From contig CAVPRW010000009.1 of NCBI GenBank assembly GCA_963707985.1, forward strand, positions 32,001-96,000: a stretch of 64,000 nt of DNA, read 5' to 3'. Below are positions 10,245-23,731 of the stretch, in pieces. The position numbers and the translations under genes are program-made. The notes beneath the pieces are model-generated. The model saw nothing but the letters and a program-made list of their open reading frames with translations. It had not been told where the DNA came from and ran no database searches. The stretch comes from an uncultured Nitrospinota bacterium. GTDB lineage: Bacteria > Tectomicrobia > Entotheonellia > J063 > CAVPRW01. Position 1 is the first letter of the stretch, and each line of letters opens with the position of its first letter.

Positions 10245-10381
10245 TTGATCCCGCAAGCCAGTGTAGCGCTGGCGTCGGGTACATCGAACAGGGTGAAAGT
10301 ATACAAGGCGACGTGGGCCGCAGCAAGCGCACTAAGCAGGACGCTCATCAACAGCAGAGCTGACAGCGGAGCGCGGGGGAT
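10245..10381 (-). pseudogene. N-terminal remnant of a secreted repeat protein
   Basis: Signal-like LSALLLMSVLLSALAAA then YTFTLFDVPDASATLACGIN. Confidence 0.4.
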
Positions 10382-10509
10382 GGTGGACTTCTCTCTGTAC
10401 ATCGGGGTCGGGTCAGAACACACAGGAGACATGGAGCAAACCTATCCGATCGGAAGGTATCCCACGAGAGGACAGACTTCCTCTCCATTCTATCATAGGA
10501 GAGCATTTC

Positions 10510-10761
10510 ATGGCACAAGCACTAGACCAGATTGATACCTTGCTCGAGGAGCTCCGCCAAGATCTTGGCAACACCCTCACCCTGCTCAATATTGTGGTCG
10601 AACTCAGGAGAAACCAACCCCAATTATTGCAGCTCTTGCGCGACATGCTGGGCGAGCTGCGTCAACATATCGAGGCGTCCTTGCCAGCGATCCCCGAGGA
10701 GGACGACGCAGCCCGATCCATTACGCACTTGGACAATCGACGCAGGCGTTGGTCAACATAG
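10510..10761 (+). CDS. Small helical hypothetical protein
   Basis: AGGAGAG RBS, Leu-rich heptads. Confidence 0.5.
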   Translation: MAQALDQIDTLLEELRQDLGNTLTLLNIVVELRRNQPQLLQLLRDMLGELRQHIEASLPAIPEEDDAARSITHLDNRRRRWST

Positions 10762-10874
10762 CCGCGCCCCTCTGCACAGCCCTCGCATGGTGTGGCATAC
10801 TTGCTCTATGAAAGCAGCTCCTCAACTGAGGAGTACGCGCTTCTCATCCAACGGCATCAGCATATGGAGCTGCC

Positions 10875-11010
10875 ATGCCCCCCTTCGCATCGACCAACTC
10901 ATACAAGCATCATTGGTTTCCAGCCGAAATCACCAGCCATGGCGTTTGGCTGTACTTTCGCTTCTGCCTTAACTACGCCTGATATCCAAGAACTCCTGTT
11001 CGCCCGCGGG
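10875..11010 (+). pseudogene. IS6-family transposase N-terminal fragment
   Basis: Reads SYKHHWFPAEITSHGVWLYFRFCLNY then (frameshift) DIQELLFARG, the IS6 N-terminal signature. Confidence 0.8.
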
Positions 11011-11572
11011 CGAATAGGAGTTCTTCCACGTCACGGTAGCTGAGACAAAAGCGGCAATAGAGCCAGACGCCGAGGAAACGGCCGGAGCCTTCTAGGCGGT
11101 GCCGCACGAGTTGCCGACGGCGAGGCCAACCACCTGACCCGGCGGGCCCCGTTCATCCGCACCGACCTAGACACGTGAACCTGGGGTTAGTTGCCCAACG
11201 CCCCAAAAGGGTACATTTCACGGGATGCATGGTCTTTAACCATTTGAGAGATATATACTTAAGAGAATATACGACGCGACATCCTGAATGCCCATGTGGT
11301 CAAAATCTCCGAAGGCGTTGTGCTCTGGACAGTTACCAACCTCATTAGGGCAAGTACAACCGTCCGGTCCCGGGATAACTGCCAATGTCAAACAAAAACT
11401 CAAGCAACCGGTCGTCGACTGCTTCGGCATACAGCTGATCTCGGAGATTACGCTGCTCATTGGCCAGTGTGAAGATGGGGAGACTTGCAGACCTGTGGTG
11501 TTACGCTTGTTGACAATCATGGGTCTTGCCTTGTTGGGACGACGCTTCATGCGGCCTCCTGGGAGTAATATT

Positions 11573-12082
11573 TCAACAGCCCACCCAGCCGCTCGTGGCA
11601 GCGGATGGGACCTTGCCGCTTGCACGGTAGGGTGGCGAGGGCCTCAGGACTACCTTGCCCTGCTCCTGGTGAGGCCGTTCTGTATGATAATGGGTGACGT
11701 ACTCATAGAGGGCGTACCTCAAGGATCGTTCCCCAAACGGAATCAGCCGCGACAAGACTTCGTCCTTAACGGAGCGTATCCAGCGTTCCGCATACGCGTT
11801 CAGGCTGGGGCTCCGTGGCGGTAAAGGGATCGACTTCGCTCCTACCGCTCGGATCGTCTGTTGAAACGCGGGACAGTACTTGCCGTCTCGGTCATGGATC
11901 AGATATTGTCCTGGAGTCAAGACGCTCCAGTCGGCCATCGTCATGTTGCGTGCGATCTGCGTCATCCAGCGCTGATCCGGGTGGGGAGTGACACCGGCGA
12001 GATGCACCTCTTGTATATTGACCCGGAGAAAAAGGAGGATGTAGTGGATTGCCAGGCTACACCATGTCAACACCTCAGCCAT
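11573..12082 (-). pseudogene. Integrase-core (rve) transposase fragment
   Basis: LAGVTPHPD..WM.Q.ARN, LIHDRDGKY, LPPRSP.LNAYAERWIRSVKDE, HYHTERPHQ. Confidence 0.82.
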
Positions 12083-12213
12083 AAAGAAGTCAGTCGTGCA
12101 GGCAGTGGCAGGTGCAGAAACGCTAGCAAAGATATGAGTTTGAGTTTTTTTATCCTACGGGATACACGGTCATCGGCGATTTCGGTTGGGCGGCCGAGCT
12201 ACTGCGGCGGAGC

Positions 12214-13030
12214 GTGGAGGCGGCGGACGGGGAGTCTGGCACGCCCAGGACGGGCATGCGGATCCAGTCCCGGGCGTGGTTGACGCGGACCCTGAGCGCG
12301 CTCGGGGCCTTCACCGAGGGCTTACGCCACGGGGAGGAGGCGCTCCGCCTCGCCAGCCTCGACGGCCCCGGGCGATCACCGATCTTTGCCCACGGCTGTC
12401 TCGGCCTCCTGTACCTCGCCCGGGGGGACCTGGAGCCCGCCATCCGGGCGTTGGAGCAGGGCCTGGCCTTCTGTCGTACCTCCGGCACCCGGGACTGGTG
12501 CACGGCGGTCGTGGCCTGCCTGGGCTCTGCGTATGCGCTCCAGGGGCGCCTCACGGAGGGGCGCGCGCTGCTGGAAGAGGGCATCACGAAAAATCTCCGT
12601 ATCGACCGTCGGCAAAATCATGCTCTCTGGGTCGCATGGCTCAGCGAGGTCTGTCGTCTGGCCGGACATGGCGAGGAGGCCTGGCAGCATGCGCGCCAGG
12701 CCCTCGACCTGGCCCGGCAGCAGAAGGCACGCGGGGACGAGGCGCTGGCGCTCTACCAGCTTGGGCGTGGTCCAGGCCCACGCCGATCCCCCCGATGCCG
12801 CACAGGCTGAAGCCCACTACCAGCAGGCCCTGGCGCTGGCCGAGGCACTCGGCATGCGCCCTCTCCAGGCCCACTGCCACCTTGGGCTGGGCCGGCTGTA
12901 CGGCCAGATCGGCCGTCGTGAGGAGGCCCGTGTCACCCTATCCACCGCCATCGACTTCTACCGTGCCATGGCCATGACCTTCTGGCTGCCCCAGGCGGAA
13001 GCCGCACTGACGCAGGTCGAGGGGCGGTGA
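12214..13030 (+). pseudogene. Orphan TPR C-terminal portion of a cyclase-AAA-TPR protein, frameshift near 12765
   Basis: TPR helices; ending YQQALALAEALGMRPLQAHCHLGLG..MTFWLPQAEAAL matches the end of 60440-63631. Confidence 0.85.
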
Positions 13031-13426
13031 TGGACGATGGCGTCATCCTGATACCGGGGCTTGTACTCCTCCAGCAGGAGACTAGCGACCAACCTAGTGG
13101 GGGCATTGCCTAAGCGCCGGGCGAAGGAATCTGTCGCTGAGCATATCCCTGCCATGGTGGATGGATATATGTCTAACTACTTGAGCATGAAGAGTTCTCA
13201 TGGTGTATCGGCCGGAAATGTGCATCAATGCTTGCCGAAAACAAGTGTCGGAAAAGTCGGGGGCTTTGGCTCCACAGCAGTCAGCCGCAAAATCGCCGAT
13301 GCAATCGCCTGAAGAAAGTTGCTATGATAGCCTGACGCATCTAAGGGCTCCCCTTCGGTCATAGTGGAAGGCCTGTGGTCAAGGGATTGTCTGCCATGCT
13401 TCGCTCACCAACAGAGGAGGTCACGC

Positions 13427-14786
<1,360 letters not shown>

Positions 14787-14859
14787 GCGTGGGTCACGCA
14801 TCCACCGAGTGGCTATCGTCAGGACCGTTGAGGACTGCTCTGGTGCGCTTGTCCTGAGC

Positions 14860-15618
14860 TCAACCGCGGCCGACGAAGGGCATCTTGGTCGCCATCACCG
14901 TCATGAACAGGACGTTGGCCTCCAGCGGCAGACTCGCCATATAGAGCACGGCGCGCGCCACATCCTCCACATCCATCACCGGTTCGGGGGCAATGGTGCC
15001 GTTCGGCTGTGGGACTCCCTGGGGCATTCTGGCCGTGGCCTCGGTCAAGGCATTGCCGATGTCGATCTGCCCGCAGGCGATGTCATACTTCCGGCCGTCC
15101 AGCGCAGTAGCCTTGGTGAGACCAGAAATGGCATGCTTGGTGGAGGTATAGGGAGCGGAGTTCGGCCGTGGCGCAGACGCCGAAATGGACCCGTTATTGA
15201 TGATGCGCCCCCCACGTGGATCCTGGCTCTTCATGATTTTGAATGCTTCCTGGGTGCACAGGAACGGGCCCGTCAGGTTGGTTTCCACCACCGCTTGCCA
15301 TTGCTCGTAGGTGAGGTCTTCGAGCAGGACACCTCCCACCGCGATGCCGGCGTTATTGAACAGCACGTCGAGCCGACCGAACGCTTCCTTGGTCTTGGCG
15401 AACAAAGCCCGCACGGCAGCCGGATCACGCACGTCGGTCGGCACGATCAGCGCCTGTTTTTCCGGCACCCCTGACTCATTGACCGCCTGTGCCAGCGGCT
15501 CCGGGCGCCGACCAGCCAGCGTCACCCGATATCCCTCGTGCAAGAACGCCAATGCCACCCCCTTGCCGATGCCACTCCCGGCACCGGTGACGAGGGCGAC
15601 TTTCCCCTGTGGCTCCAT
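14860..15618 (-). CDS. SDR family oxidoreductase
   Basis: [17 protein letters not shown] catalytic motif. Confidence 0.93.
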   Translation of the reverse strand: MEPQGKVALVTGAGSGIGKGVALAFLHEGYRVTLAGRRPEPLAQAVNESGVPEKQALIVPTDVRDPAAVRALFAKTKEAFGRLDVLFNNAGIAVGGVLLEDLTYEQWQAVVETNLTGPFLCTQEAFKIMKSQDPRGGRIINNGSISASAPRPNSAPYTSTKHAISGLTKATALDGRKYDIACGQIDIGNALTEATARMPQGVPQPNGTIAPEPVMDVEDVARAVLYMASLPLEANVLFMTVMATKMPFVGRG

Positions 15619-15638
15619 GTGTCCGTCTCCCCTTGCGC

Positions 15639-16445
15639 TCACGTGCCTACTTTCAATGGATTCGCCAACGCTTTCAGCATGGCGAGGGTCGAGAGATACG
15701 TCAGTTTTCCCGTGCGCGGGTTGGTCTCGCTCGGTTCATTTTCAAGATGGATGCTGAAGCGGCCGAATTCGCCGACGACCTCGATGTCATGCACATTACG
15801 CGTCCCCTGTGGGTCCACGAAAATGCGCAGGTGGGTGCGGTCGGGGCCTATTCCTGCCAGACTCAGCGCTGCGGAGATGTTGACATTGGCCGGAAAACCG
15901 CGGCAAGCCTCTCGGGCACTGCCCTCAAAGATTTGCGTGGCCTCTGTGAAGCGGTCGAGATCGATCTGGTGTTCGACGACAAATGGCGCCCCGGCCAGGG
16001 CCTTCGGGGGCTTACGAGTGGTCATGGTGACGGAGGTGATGTGGCCGATCGCGGCGCCTTTGAGGCCGTCGAGGCCGACAATGGCGCCCGATGGCACATA
16101 GATACGGCTACCCGTCTGCCGAGCCAACTCCACCCAGTCAGGGTGATCCAGCAATCCCCCCACGCTCAACACCAATAGGTCTCTGCCCTGATGCAAGGTG
16201 CAGGGCGCAATCGTCTCGAGAGCCTCCTGGGTGGCCGCCTCGATGACCAGCTCACTGTGGGCTACCAGCTCGTCGAGCGACAGCAATGGGGGTTGGTGGC
16301 ACAATTCCCGGAGAAAGGGTGCGGCTCGCTCAGGCTGACGCGTCGTAACTGCCACCAACTGCACCGGGACGTCACCCCGATCAATGGCCCGACAAAGGGT
16401 GCGGCCAATCGTCCCGAGGCCTACGATTCCTACTCGCATCTTCAT
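15639..16445 (-). CDS. nadX: L-aspartate dehydrogenase
   Basis: [40 protein letters not shown]. Confidence 0.88.
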   Translation of the reverse strand: MKMRVGIVGLGTIGRTLCRAIDRGDVPVQLVAVTTRQPERAAPFLRELCHQPPLLSLDELVAHSELVIEAATQEALETIAPCTLHQGRDLLVLSVGGLLDHPDWVELARQTGSRIYVPSGAIVGLDGLKGAAIGHITSVTMTTRKPPKALAGAPFVVEHQIDLDRFTEATQIFEGSAREACRGFPANVNISAALSLAGIGPDRTHLRIFVDPQGTRNVHDIEVVGEFGRFSIHLENEPSETNPRTGKLTYLSTLAMLKALANPLKVGT

Positions 16446-17142
16446 ACCTTCTCTACAGGACTCCAGACATGCTTGGCTCGGCTGGCGGCGGTCAGCTCAG
16501 ACTACTCGGGATGCCGCAGGGTGTCAAGGAAAAGACGAGGTATGGAATCCTACGCAGGAGGCGACCATGGCACACCGCAGACGAACGTCATAATCTTGCA
16601 GGAGCGTCTATGATGATCCTTGCGACACACTCTAATGGCGCTCTGTGATATGATTGCTGCATGTCTATGCCTTCCATCAGGCCCGTTGTCCATTGAGGGA
16701 TGGACATGGTTCAGTGCATATGGGCGATGACAGTGGTGCAGACATCATCAACCCGTTTGCCAGTCAATAGGCTCTCAATCTCAGATACATACTATCTTGA
16801 GCATTCCCGACCGTCGAATCGTCATGGTTGTGTAGATCTGAACATCTGCTTGGTGTACTGGTCGCATCTTCCGGTGAAACATCCATGAATTATTTCAAAG
16901 CGTTAACATGGAAGGCTCCTGGCGGCATATTTTTTGTCAAAGGACCATCGCACCGGGAGTGCAGGCGCCTGAGCTCGTGGCCTTGGGCTGCGACTTCCGG
17001 CTGCATCGTTGAAGCATGGCACTGGAAGCGAGGGCGGCCTGTTGCGGAGAAATACGACAAGGCCATACGATGCAGCCAGCCAATGGGGCAATGGAGGGGT
17101 GGGAACAACGGAGTGGAGATCTGGGTGCGGAGGGACAGGGCG

Positions 17143-18739
17143 ATGCAAGAGCGTTATGACGTTGTCGTGATCGGTTCCGGCTTCGGTGGCGCGATCACCG
17201 CCTGCCGGTTAGCCCAGGCTGGCCGCTCCGTCTGTGTTCTCGAGCGCGGCCGACGCTGGGGGAAAGCTGAGTTCCCGCGGACGATCGGGCAGCTTCGACA
17301 CGCGTTCTGGAACGAGACGGATCGAGGCTTCCTCGACTTTCGTAGCTTCCAAAACATCGATGTGATTCAGGCGAGCGGGGTGGGTGGCGGGTCGCTGGTG
17401 TACTTCAACGTCCAGATCGAAGCCCCTGAACGGACCTTTCAGCGTGGCTGGCCCACAGAGGTGTCCCGCCAGGTTCTCAACCCCTACTACGGGCTGGTCC
17501 AGGATATGCTCGATGCCGTGCCCCTGTGTCCTCCCGAGGGCCGAAAGCTGCCGCCTCGCACCACAGCCCTGCGCGAGGCCGCCCAAGCCATCGGAAAACA
17601 GGCTGACCTGCTGAAGATTGCCGTCTACACCGGTCCAGACCGCCTGAATCCCCATGGCGGAGTCTCCCAGAGTGCCTGTGTATACTGCGGCAATTGCATG
17701 CTTGGCTGTCACGTGCATGCCAAGAATACCCTCGATCTCAACTATATCCCCTTCGCTGAGCGGCACGGGGCGTGCGTCTTTCCCTTGCATGAGGTGGAGA
17801 AGATCGAACCGACCGACACTGGGTACCGGGTGACCTATCGTAATCTGGAGACAGATGATCGTGGGACGGTCGAAGGCGCAGCGGGTGGTGGTCGCTGCCG
17901 GGACCCTGGGATCCACCGCGTTGCTGCTGCGCTGCCGGGATGAGCATAAAACCCTCCCCCATGTGAGCCCGATGCTCGGTTATCACTTCTCAGGTAACGG
18001 CGACTTTCTCTTCGCTGGTACGCGCCAAACCCCGCGGGATATCAATCCCAGCGAAGGACCAAGCATCACGGCCGGCGTCGATTTTTCTACTGACGAATAC
18101 AAGATCTTCATCGAGGATCTCGGTTACCCCGAGCCCATCCTCTGGTACCTTGAAGGGGCGATTCCTAATGTCGACCGGACGATCAGTGTCCTCAAGTTCA
18201 TCAAGACCTACGTCTTACGCGCCCTCGGGATCGCGCGGTCTACTCCCCTTGGAGGCATTGCCCCGGAACTGCTCCAGGGAGATCTCACCACCAGGTTCCT
18301 TCCCTACCTGGGGATTGGGACGGATGCCGCCGACGGCCAGATCCACCTTCAGCGCGGCAGAGTCGACATCGCCTGGAACGTGCGACGGAGCCGCAAGATG
18401 TTCCGACAGATGGAGAACGCCCTTAACGCTCTTAGTCGTGGGATCGGCGGCAAATACCAATCCAGTCCCCTGTGGCTCTGGCCTTTCCGAAAACTCCTGA
18501 CGGCACATCCCTTGGGTGGCTGTCCCATGGGGAATACCCCGGAGGCAGGCGTCGTGAAGCATACCGGTGAGGTGTGGGGCTATGACGGCCTGTACGTGAT
18601 AGATGGCTCGATTGTCCCGACAGCCTTGGGAGTAAATCCTTCGATGACGATCGGCGCCTTGGCCGAACGGGCATCCTTCTGGATGATCCATGGTCGGGAC
18701 ATGAGCGCAGGTGACCTCCAGACCCCAAGTAATCATTGA
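17143..18739 (+). CDS. GMC oxidoreductase (cholesterol-oxidase-like), frameshift near 17878
   Basis: VIGSGFGG, GVGGGSLVY, CVYCGNCMLGC, AKNTLD; TAHPLGGC, GVNPSMTI in second frame. Confidence 0.88.
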
Positions 18740-18916
18740 TGTGGCCGTTGGCATCCATAAAGAAGGGAGTCGCGGTACCATGCAGGCTGTCTCCACTCCC
18801 ATATTCCTGGCGGTGGTATGACCTGATTCAGTGCTCTCAGAGCTGGTCCGTGATATATTAGGGGAGCTATCACATTCCTCGTGGCTGAGCACACCTTAGG
18901 GCAGAAGGGGTTCCCC

Positions 18917-19889
18917 ATGATCGCGATTCGTCCGATGACAGCCGATGATAATCCGCAAGTGGAGCGCATCACCGATGCGGCTGCCGCCGCCTGGCTAAAG
19001 TTAGATCGAGACACCGGGCTCAACCCGTTTGAGAGCCGGTTGATCGCTAGCCGTTTCCAGAAGGATCCAGCCGGCTGCTTCGTCGCCGAAGATCCCACCC
19101 GTGGTGTGATCGGGGCGGTGCTATCGATTGCCTGGGGGAGTGTCGCATGGCTCGGACCACTGGTGGTGCATCCCGAGTTCCTGGGACAAGGCGTTGAGCA
19201 TCAGCTCCTGCAAGCGCTGCTCCAGTATTGGGAGCCGATGATGCTCTCCGCGCAAGGCCTGGAGGCCGATCCGGCCCTTCCGGCTGAGATCGAATTGTAC
19301 GCCTCCGTCGGTTTCCGCCCGCAATTCCTCACCGCCACGCTCATCGGTGCCGTCGATCCCGATGGACCACGAGAACCTATCCGCCAACGCTCCCCAAGCT
19401 TCGAACTGAGTCGCCTGTCGCAGCTGACCGGCACCTCTGGAGGAAACCATGCTGGCGAATTGCCGGCGCATCTCCGAACGCCATTATCCGGGATTGGATT
19501 ACAGCAAGGAGATACAGAGTGTCAGCGAGCTGCACCTTGGTGATACCCTCTTGCTAGGGGTGGGGGAGCGGCTCTATGGCTTTGCCATCTGCCATACGGC
19601 GACCGGCAGCGAAGCGGATGCGGACAGTTGCTATGTCAAGGCCCTGCTCATCGATCCAGCCATTGACGATCAGGAGACACTGCTGGCATTAGTGGAAGCG
19701 TGTGAAGGATATGCACGGACACAGCAGCTGAAAACGGTCCGCCTTGGGGTCAACCTCGCCTGTTGGGAGGGCTATCAGGCGGTGGCCGCACGCGGATACC
19801 ACATGCGACTCTTGCGGCTGCGGATGGTACGCCCCATAGACGATCTGCTCAGCGATCCCTCGCCGTTTCACTTCAACGATTGGCGTTGA
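18917..19889 (+). CDS. Tandem GNAT N-acetyltransferase, frameshift near 19435
   Basis: IRPMT..D, WLGPLVVHPEFLGQG, LYASVGF; second GNAT-like half in next frame. Confidence 0.78.
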
Positions 19890-20012
19890 GGCGCGAGTCG
19901 AGGCAACTTCTTCGCCCTCACGTGCAAGGGGCTCCGATGGGAGGATGAGGCGCCATGTGTTGGCTTCATCAAGATGACGCTGGCACGGGCCAGGATGAGG
20001 CGTGAGCGCCCC

Positions 20013-20801
20013 TTACTGGACCAGTAGGAAGTCCGTCACCACCTCCACGAGTTCATCGTCTTTTTCATATGGCAGCATATGGCTGGCTCCTGTCAATAGA
20101 ATCAGACGTGCTCTGTGGATGCGTTTCAGGAAGGCCTCGCCATAAATCGGCGGCACCAGCCGATCGGAGGCCCCCCAGAGCAGCAGGGTGGGGGCAACGA
20201 TGCGATGGATGCGCTTCTTCAGGCCTTTATCAGGGATGGGCCAGAGAAATTTTCCTGCCGCGCTAAGGTTCTTGGTGCGCTCCAGCACTGCTTCCAGTTG
20301 TGCCGCAGAGTCGGAAGGCAACGTCATCAGCTCTTTAGCAATGGCAGAGCCAGGGTCGTGGAACATCGCTGTCGCCAGTTCTTCCGGCGTGGCCGCAAAG
20401 AAGTCTAGTACTGGGTGGTCGTCCAACCACAGGCCAACGGGAGCCACGAGTACCAGTCTGCTCACCACATTCGGCGCGATGGCCGCCACCTCGGCAGCAA
20501 TCATGCCACCGAGCGAATGACCCACAAGGTAGGGTTGATCCAGCCCCAGCGCTTCAATGAACTCAGTGTAGTACAGGGCTAGATCGACAACATCGTCCAG
20601 GTGTTCCAACCCCTCCGAGCGCCCGAATCCCGGATGATCCGGCACGATGACGCGGAAACTGCGGGCCAGGTTTTCCAGAAATGGCGGCCAGCCCTGTATA
20701 CCGCTCATGCCGTGGAGGAAAAGCAAGGGGTCACCCTCGCCCTCGATACGTACGAAGGTTTGGAAGAGTCCGCTCCGGATCGATACCAGACTTTCGATCA
20801 T
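20013..20801 (-). CDS. Alpha/beta hydrolase
   Basis: LFLHG, DHPGFGRS, GHSLGG, WGASD, SH. Confidence 0.92.
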   Translation of the reverse strand: MIESLVSIRSGLFQTFVRIEGEGDPLLFLHGMSGIQGWPPFLENLARSFRVIVPDHPGFGRSEGLEHLDDVVDLALYYTEFIEALGLDQPYLVGHSLGGMIAAEVAAIAPNVVSRLVLVAPVGLWLDDHPVLDFFAATPEELATAMFHDPGSAIAKELMTLPSDSAAQLEAVLERTKNLSAAGKFLWPIPDKGLKKRIHRIVAPTLLLWGASDRLVPPIYGEAFLKRIHRARLILLTGASHMLPYEKDDELVEVVTDFLLVQ

Positions 20802-20849
20802 GGATTCGCTTTCTGTGTTGTCGATATCGCCGCTGACAGCGTGCCTGAT

Positions 20850-21068
20850 CTACAGGCGAGAGCGCTTGAGCAGAGCAACCAGCCCGCTTGCAAATGCTTT
20901 GCTGGCCGTAGAAGATGTACCGATGATCAACCCCAGGATGAAAGCGGCCAGTACGCCCTCCTTGGGATAGCTCCTCACCCAAGACAAGGCCTGACCTCCG
21001 GTCGCAGCCGCGCGCAAGCGTGCCTTGGCGTCCTCAGGATTCAACGGCTGAGCCGCCGTGCGCTCCAT
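20850..21068 (-). CDS. Small membrane protein (YqjK-like position)
   Basis: Overlaps upstream gene; one hydrophobic helix. Confidence 0.55.
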   Translation of the reverse strand: MERTAAQPLNPEDAKARLRAAATGGQALSWVRSYPKEGVLAAFILGLIIGTSSTASKAFASGLVALLKRSRL

Positions 21069-21316
21069 AGCAATCCTCCCGACATGAGCAGGGTCACCAG
21101 ACCTGTGATCAGGGTGGCCGTGGGCGGGCTCAAAACGATGGCCAGGTAGAGGTAGAGTGCCCGAAGAATCAACCCGACACCCACCAACATCAAGGTCCCA
21201 GCTGTCCCCAGGAGGGCCAAGCTCAGACCGAGGCGGAACGACCCCGAACGCAACGCCCTAGCCTCAGCCTCAAGGAGCTCCAGGAGGGCAATGATCAGCT
21301 CGGCCAGGCCTCTCAA
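21041..21316 (-). CDS. Two-TM phage-holin-superfamily-III/YqjE-like membrane protein
   Basis: LLELLEAE followed by two TM segments, directly after a DUF883 gene. Confidence 0.6.
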   Translation of the reverse strand: MRGLAELIIALLELLEAEARALRSGSFRLGLSLALLGTAGTLMLVGVGLILRALYLYLAIVLSPPTATLITGLVTLLMSGGLLWSARRLSR

Positions 21317-21319
21317 GAC

Positions 21320-21634
21320 CTACCTCCGCTGCAGGAATTTGCCCACCAGGAGTCCTAGCCCAAATGCTGCCAGAAGGCTGACCAATGGTCTATCCGTCAA
21401 CAGCTGTTCGACAGACTCAACTGTCCTCAGGCCCTGTTCTCCAGTCTCGTTGAGTGTCTCGCGCAATCCCCGCCCAAGGTTCCGAGCCTCGGTCCTGACT
21501 CTATTTCTAGCGGTGCTGACCTCGTTCCTCCCCGTATCGATGAGTCTTTGCGTCAGCTCGGCGATGTCCGAGCGGAGTTTTGTGAGATCTTCCTTCACGG
21601 CATCCAAATCCTTTTGCAGATCACGTTCTGCCAT
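21320..21634 (-). CDS. DUF883 (ElaB/YqjD) family protein
   Basis: DLDAVKEDL..LRSDI coiled coil, C-terminal RPLVSLLAAFGLGLLVG tail anchor; GGAGGT RBS. Confidence 0.8.
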   Translation of the reverse strand: MAERDLQKDLDAVKEDLTKLRSDIAELTQRLIDTGRNEVSTARNRVRTEARNLGRGLRETLNETGEQGLRTVESVEQLLTDRPLVSLLAAFGLGLLVGKFLQRR

Positions 21635-21836
21635 GAGCCTTACCTCCATTCACGAGAAGACTCCTCTCCAGGCCATCGCCTGCACCGCTGGGTATCCCCG
21701 CACCGACAACGGCATCGGCTCGCACTGCTTGTCGTACTCGATCTATAGCTCGCGGATCGACTGGCGAGCGACGACCCCATCAGACTTTGAAGAGATCGGC
21801 CTTTTCCCTGAGGAACGTTGCCTCGTCTGTCATCTC

Positions 21837-23534
21837 TCACTCCTCCGGCAGCAGAAAATCAAAATCGCAGCCGCGATGGGCCTGCAGCACATGGTCCAGG
21901 AACAGTTTACCATAGCCGCGCGCATACGCGGGCGGTGGGGGCTGCCACTGCATGCGGCGTGCATTCAGCTCATGGTCGGGGACGTGCAGCTCGAGTCGGC
22001 GATGCGGCACATCGAGCTCGATCTCATCGCCACTGTGCACCAGTCCAAGCGGACCGCCCAGCGCCGCCTCCGGCGACACGTGCAGGACAACGGTGCCAAA
22101 CGCGGTGCCACTCATGCGGGCATCCGACATTCGCACCATGTCCCGCACCCCTTTAGCCAGCAGCTTTTTGGGAATAGGTAGGTAGCCGGCCTCGGGCATT
22201 CCGGGGCCACCGATTGGGCCGGCGTTTTGCAACACCATCACATCATCGGGACCAATGTCGAGGGCTGGGTCGTCGACGCGCGCCGCCAGATCTTCCAGCG
22301 AGGTAAACACCACGGCCCGTCCCCGGTGTTGCAGCAGCTGTTGGGAGGCGGCGGATTGCTTGATCACAGCGCCGCTAGGCGCCAGATTGCCGCGCAGGAT
22401 GGCAAGGCCCCCTTCCGCCTTGAAGGGCTTCTCGAGGCTGGCGATGACCTCACGAAAGTGCTCAGCAGGCTGGATCGCCTGCAAATTTTCGTCGATCGTC
22501 TTGCCAGTCACCGTCAGGCAGTCGCGATGCAACAAAGGCGCTAACTCTTTCATCACGGCGGGTATCCCACCAGCCTCATAGAGCTCTTCCATATGGAATT
22601 GTCCCGAGGGGCGCACGCTGGCCAACAATGGCGTGTCTCGGCTGAACTGATCAAAGCGCTCCAGGGGCAGGTCAACCCCGGCACGACCTGCCACGGCTGT
22701 CAGATGGATCACCGCATTGGTCGAGCCCCCCACGGCCATCAAGATGCGAATGGCGTTGTCAAAGGCCTCAGGGCTCAGAATACGTGAAGGTTTGAGGTTC
22801 TCCCGCACCATTCCAACAATGCGGCGTCCGCTCGTTTCCGCCATACGCATGCGCTCCGATAAGGGGGCGGGGATAGCCGCACATCCCGGCAGCGCCATGC
22901 CTAGGGCTTCGGTGAGGCTAGCCATGGTGCTGGCGGTGCCCATCACCATGCAATGGCCCGTGCTGGGACAGAGAGCGCCCTCGATCACGTCCAGTTCCTC
23001 ACGCGACAGCGTACCGGCGCGATGCTCCACCCAGAAGCGCCGGCAGTCAGTGCAGGCACCGAGGTGTTGATGGTCGTACCGCCCACTCAGCATCGGGCCA
23101 GCAGTGACCACGATGGCCGGCACATCCGCGCTGGCGGCCCCCATCAGTTGCGCCGGCAACGTCTTATCGCAGCCACCGAGCAAGACGACGCCATCGATGG
23201 GTTGCGCCCGGATCATCTCCTCGGTGTCCATGGCCATGAGATTTCTGAGCAACATGCTCGTCGGACTCAAGAACGTCTCGCCCAGCGAGATGGTGGGGAA
23301 TTCGAGCGGTAAACCTCCCGCCTGCCACACCCCGCGTTTCACCGCTTCCGCAACCTCACGCAGATGACGATGGCAGGAATTCAGCTCGCTCCAGGTGTTG
23401 CAGATGCCAATGACCGGCTTCTCCATGTCCTCATTGCTGAGACCCATCCCTTTGAGGAAGGCCCGCCGGATAAAGATGCTGAAGCCGTCGTCACCATAGG
23501 ACGTGAGCCCCCGCCGAATTCCTTCCACTGCCAT
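21837..23534 (-). CDS. IlvD/Edd-family dehydratase (sugar-acid dehydratase-like clade)
   Basis: NTWSELNSCH, GGCDKT, CMVMGTASTM, GGSTNA, GNLAP.GA, SDARMSGT. Confidence 0.92.
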   Translation of the reverse strand: MAVEGIRRGLTSYGDDGFSIFIRRAFLKGMGLSNEDMEKPVIGICNTWSELNSCHRHLREVAEAVKRGVWQAGGLPLEFPTISLGETFLSPTSMLLRNLMAMDTEEMIRAQPIDGVVLLGGCDKTLPAQLMGAASADVPAIVVTAGPMLSGRYDHQHLGACTDCRRFWVEHRAGTLSREELDVIEGALCPSTGHCMVMGTASTMASLTEALGMALPGCAAIPAPLSERMRMAETSGRRIVGMVRENLKPSRILSPEAFDNAIRILMAVGGSTNAVIHLTAVAGRAGVDLPLERFDQFSRDTPLLASVRPSGQFHMEELYEAGGIPAVMKELAPLLHRDCLTVTGKTIDENLQAIQPAEHFREVIASLEKPFKAEGGLAILRGNLAPSGAVIKQSAASQQLLQHRGRAVVFTSLEDLAARVDDPALDIGPDDVMVLQNAGPIGGPGMPEAGYLPIPKKLLAKGVRDMVRMSDARMSGTAFGTVVLHVSPEAALGGPLGLVHSGDEIELDVPHRRLELHVPDHELNARRMQWQPPPPAYARGYGKLFLDHVLQAHRGCDFDFLLPEE

Positions 23535-23731
23535 CGTGTTGCCTCCTTCTTGCCAAGCTCGCGGCCTTGTCATAGTTCCATGTCTGGGGAGAGTTGGATG
23601 GGGAAAATCGCGGCTCGTCGGCGTTAGGACGTGGGTTTGCCTGGGCGCATAAAGAGGGGTGGCCCCTTCAGCAACATCTCCTCCCAGGTATGGATATGGT
23701 TCGGGGGAACCTCCCCCTCAAGTTTGCATTG

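Noticed and set aside
21041..21316. Prophage lysis holin
   Set aside because: Context is a DUF883 operon; no endolysin or phage genes
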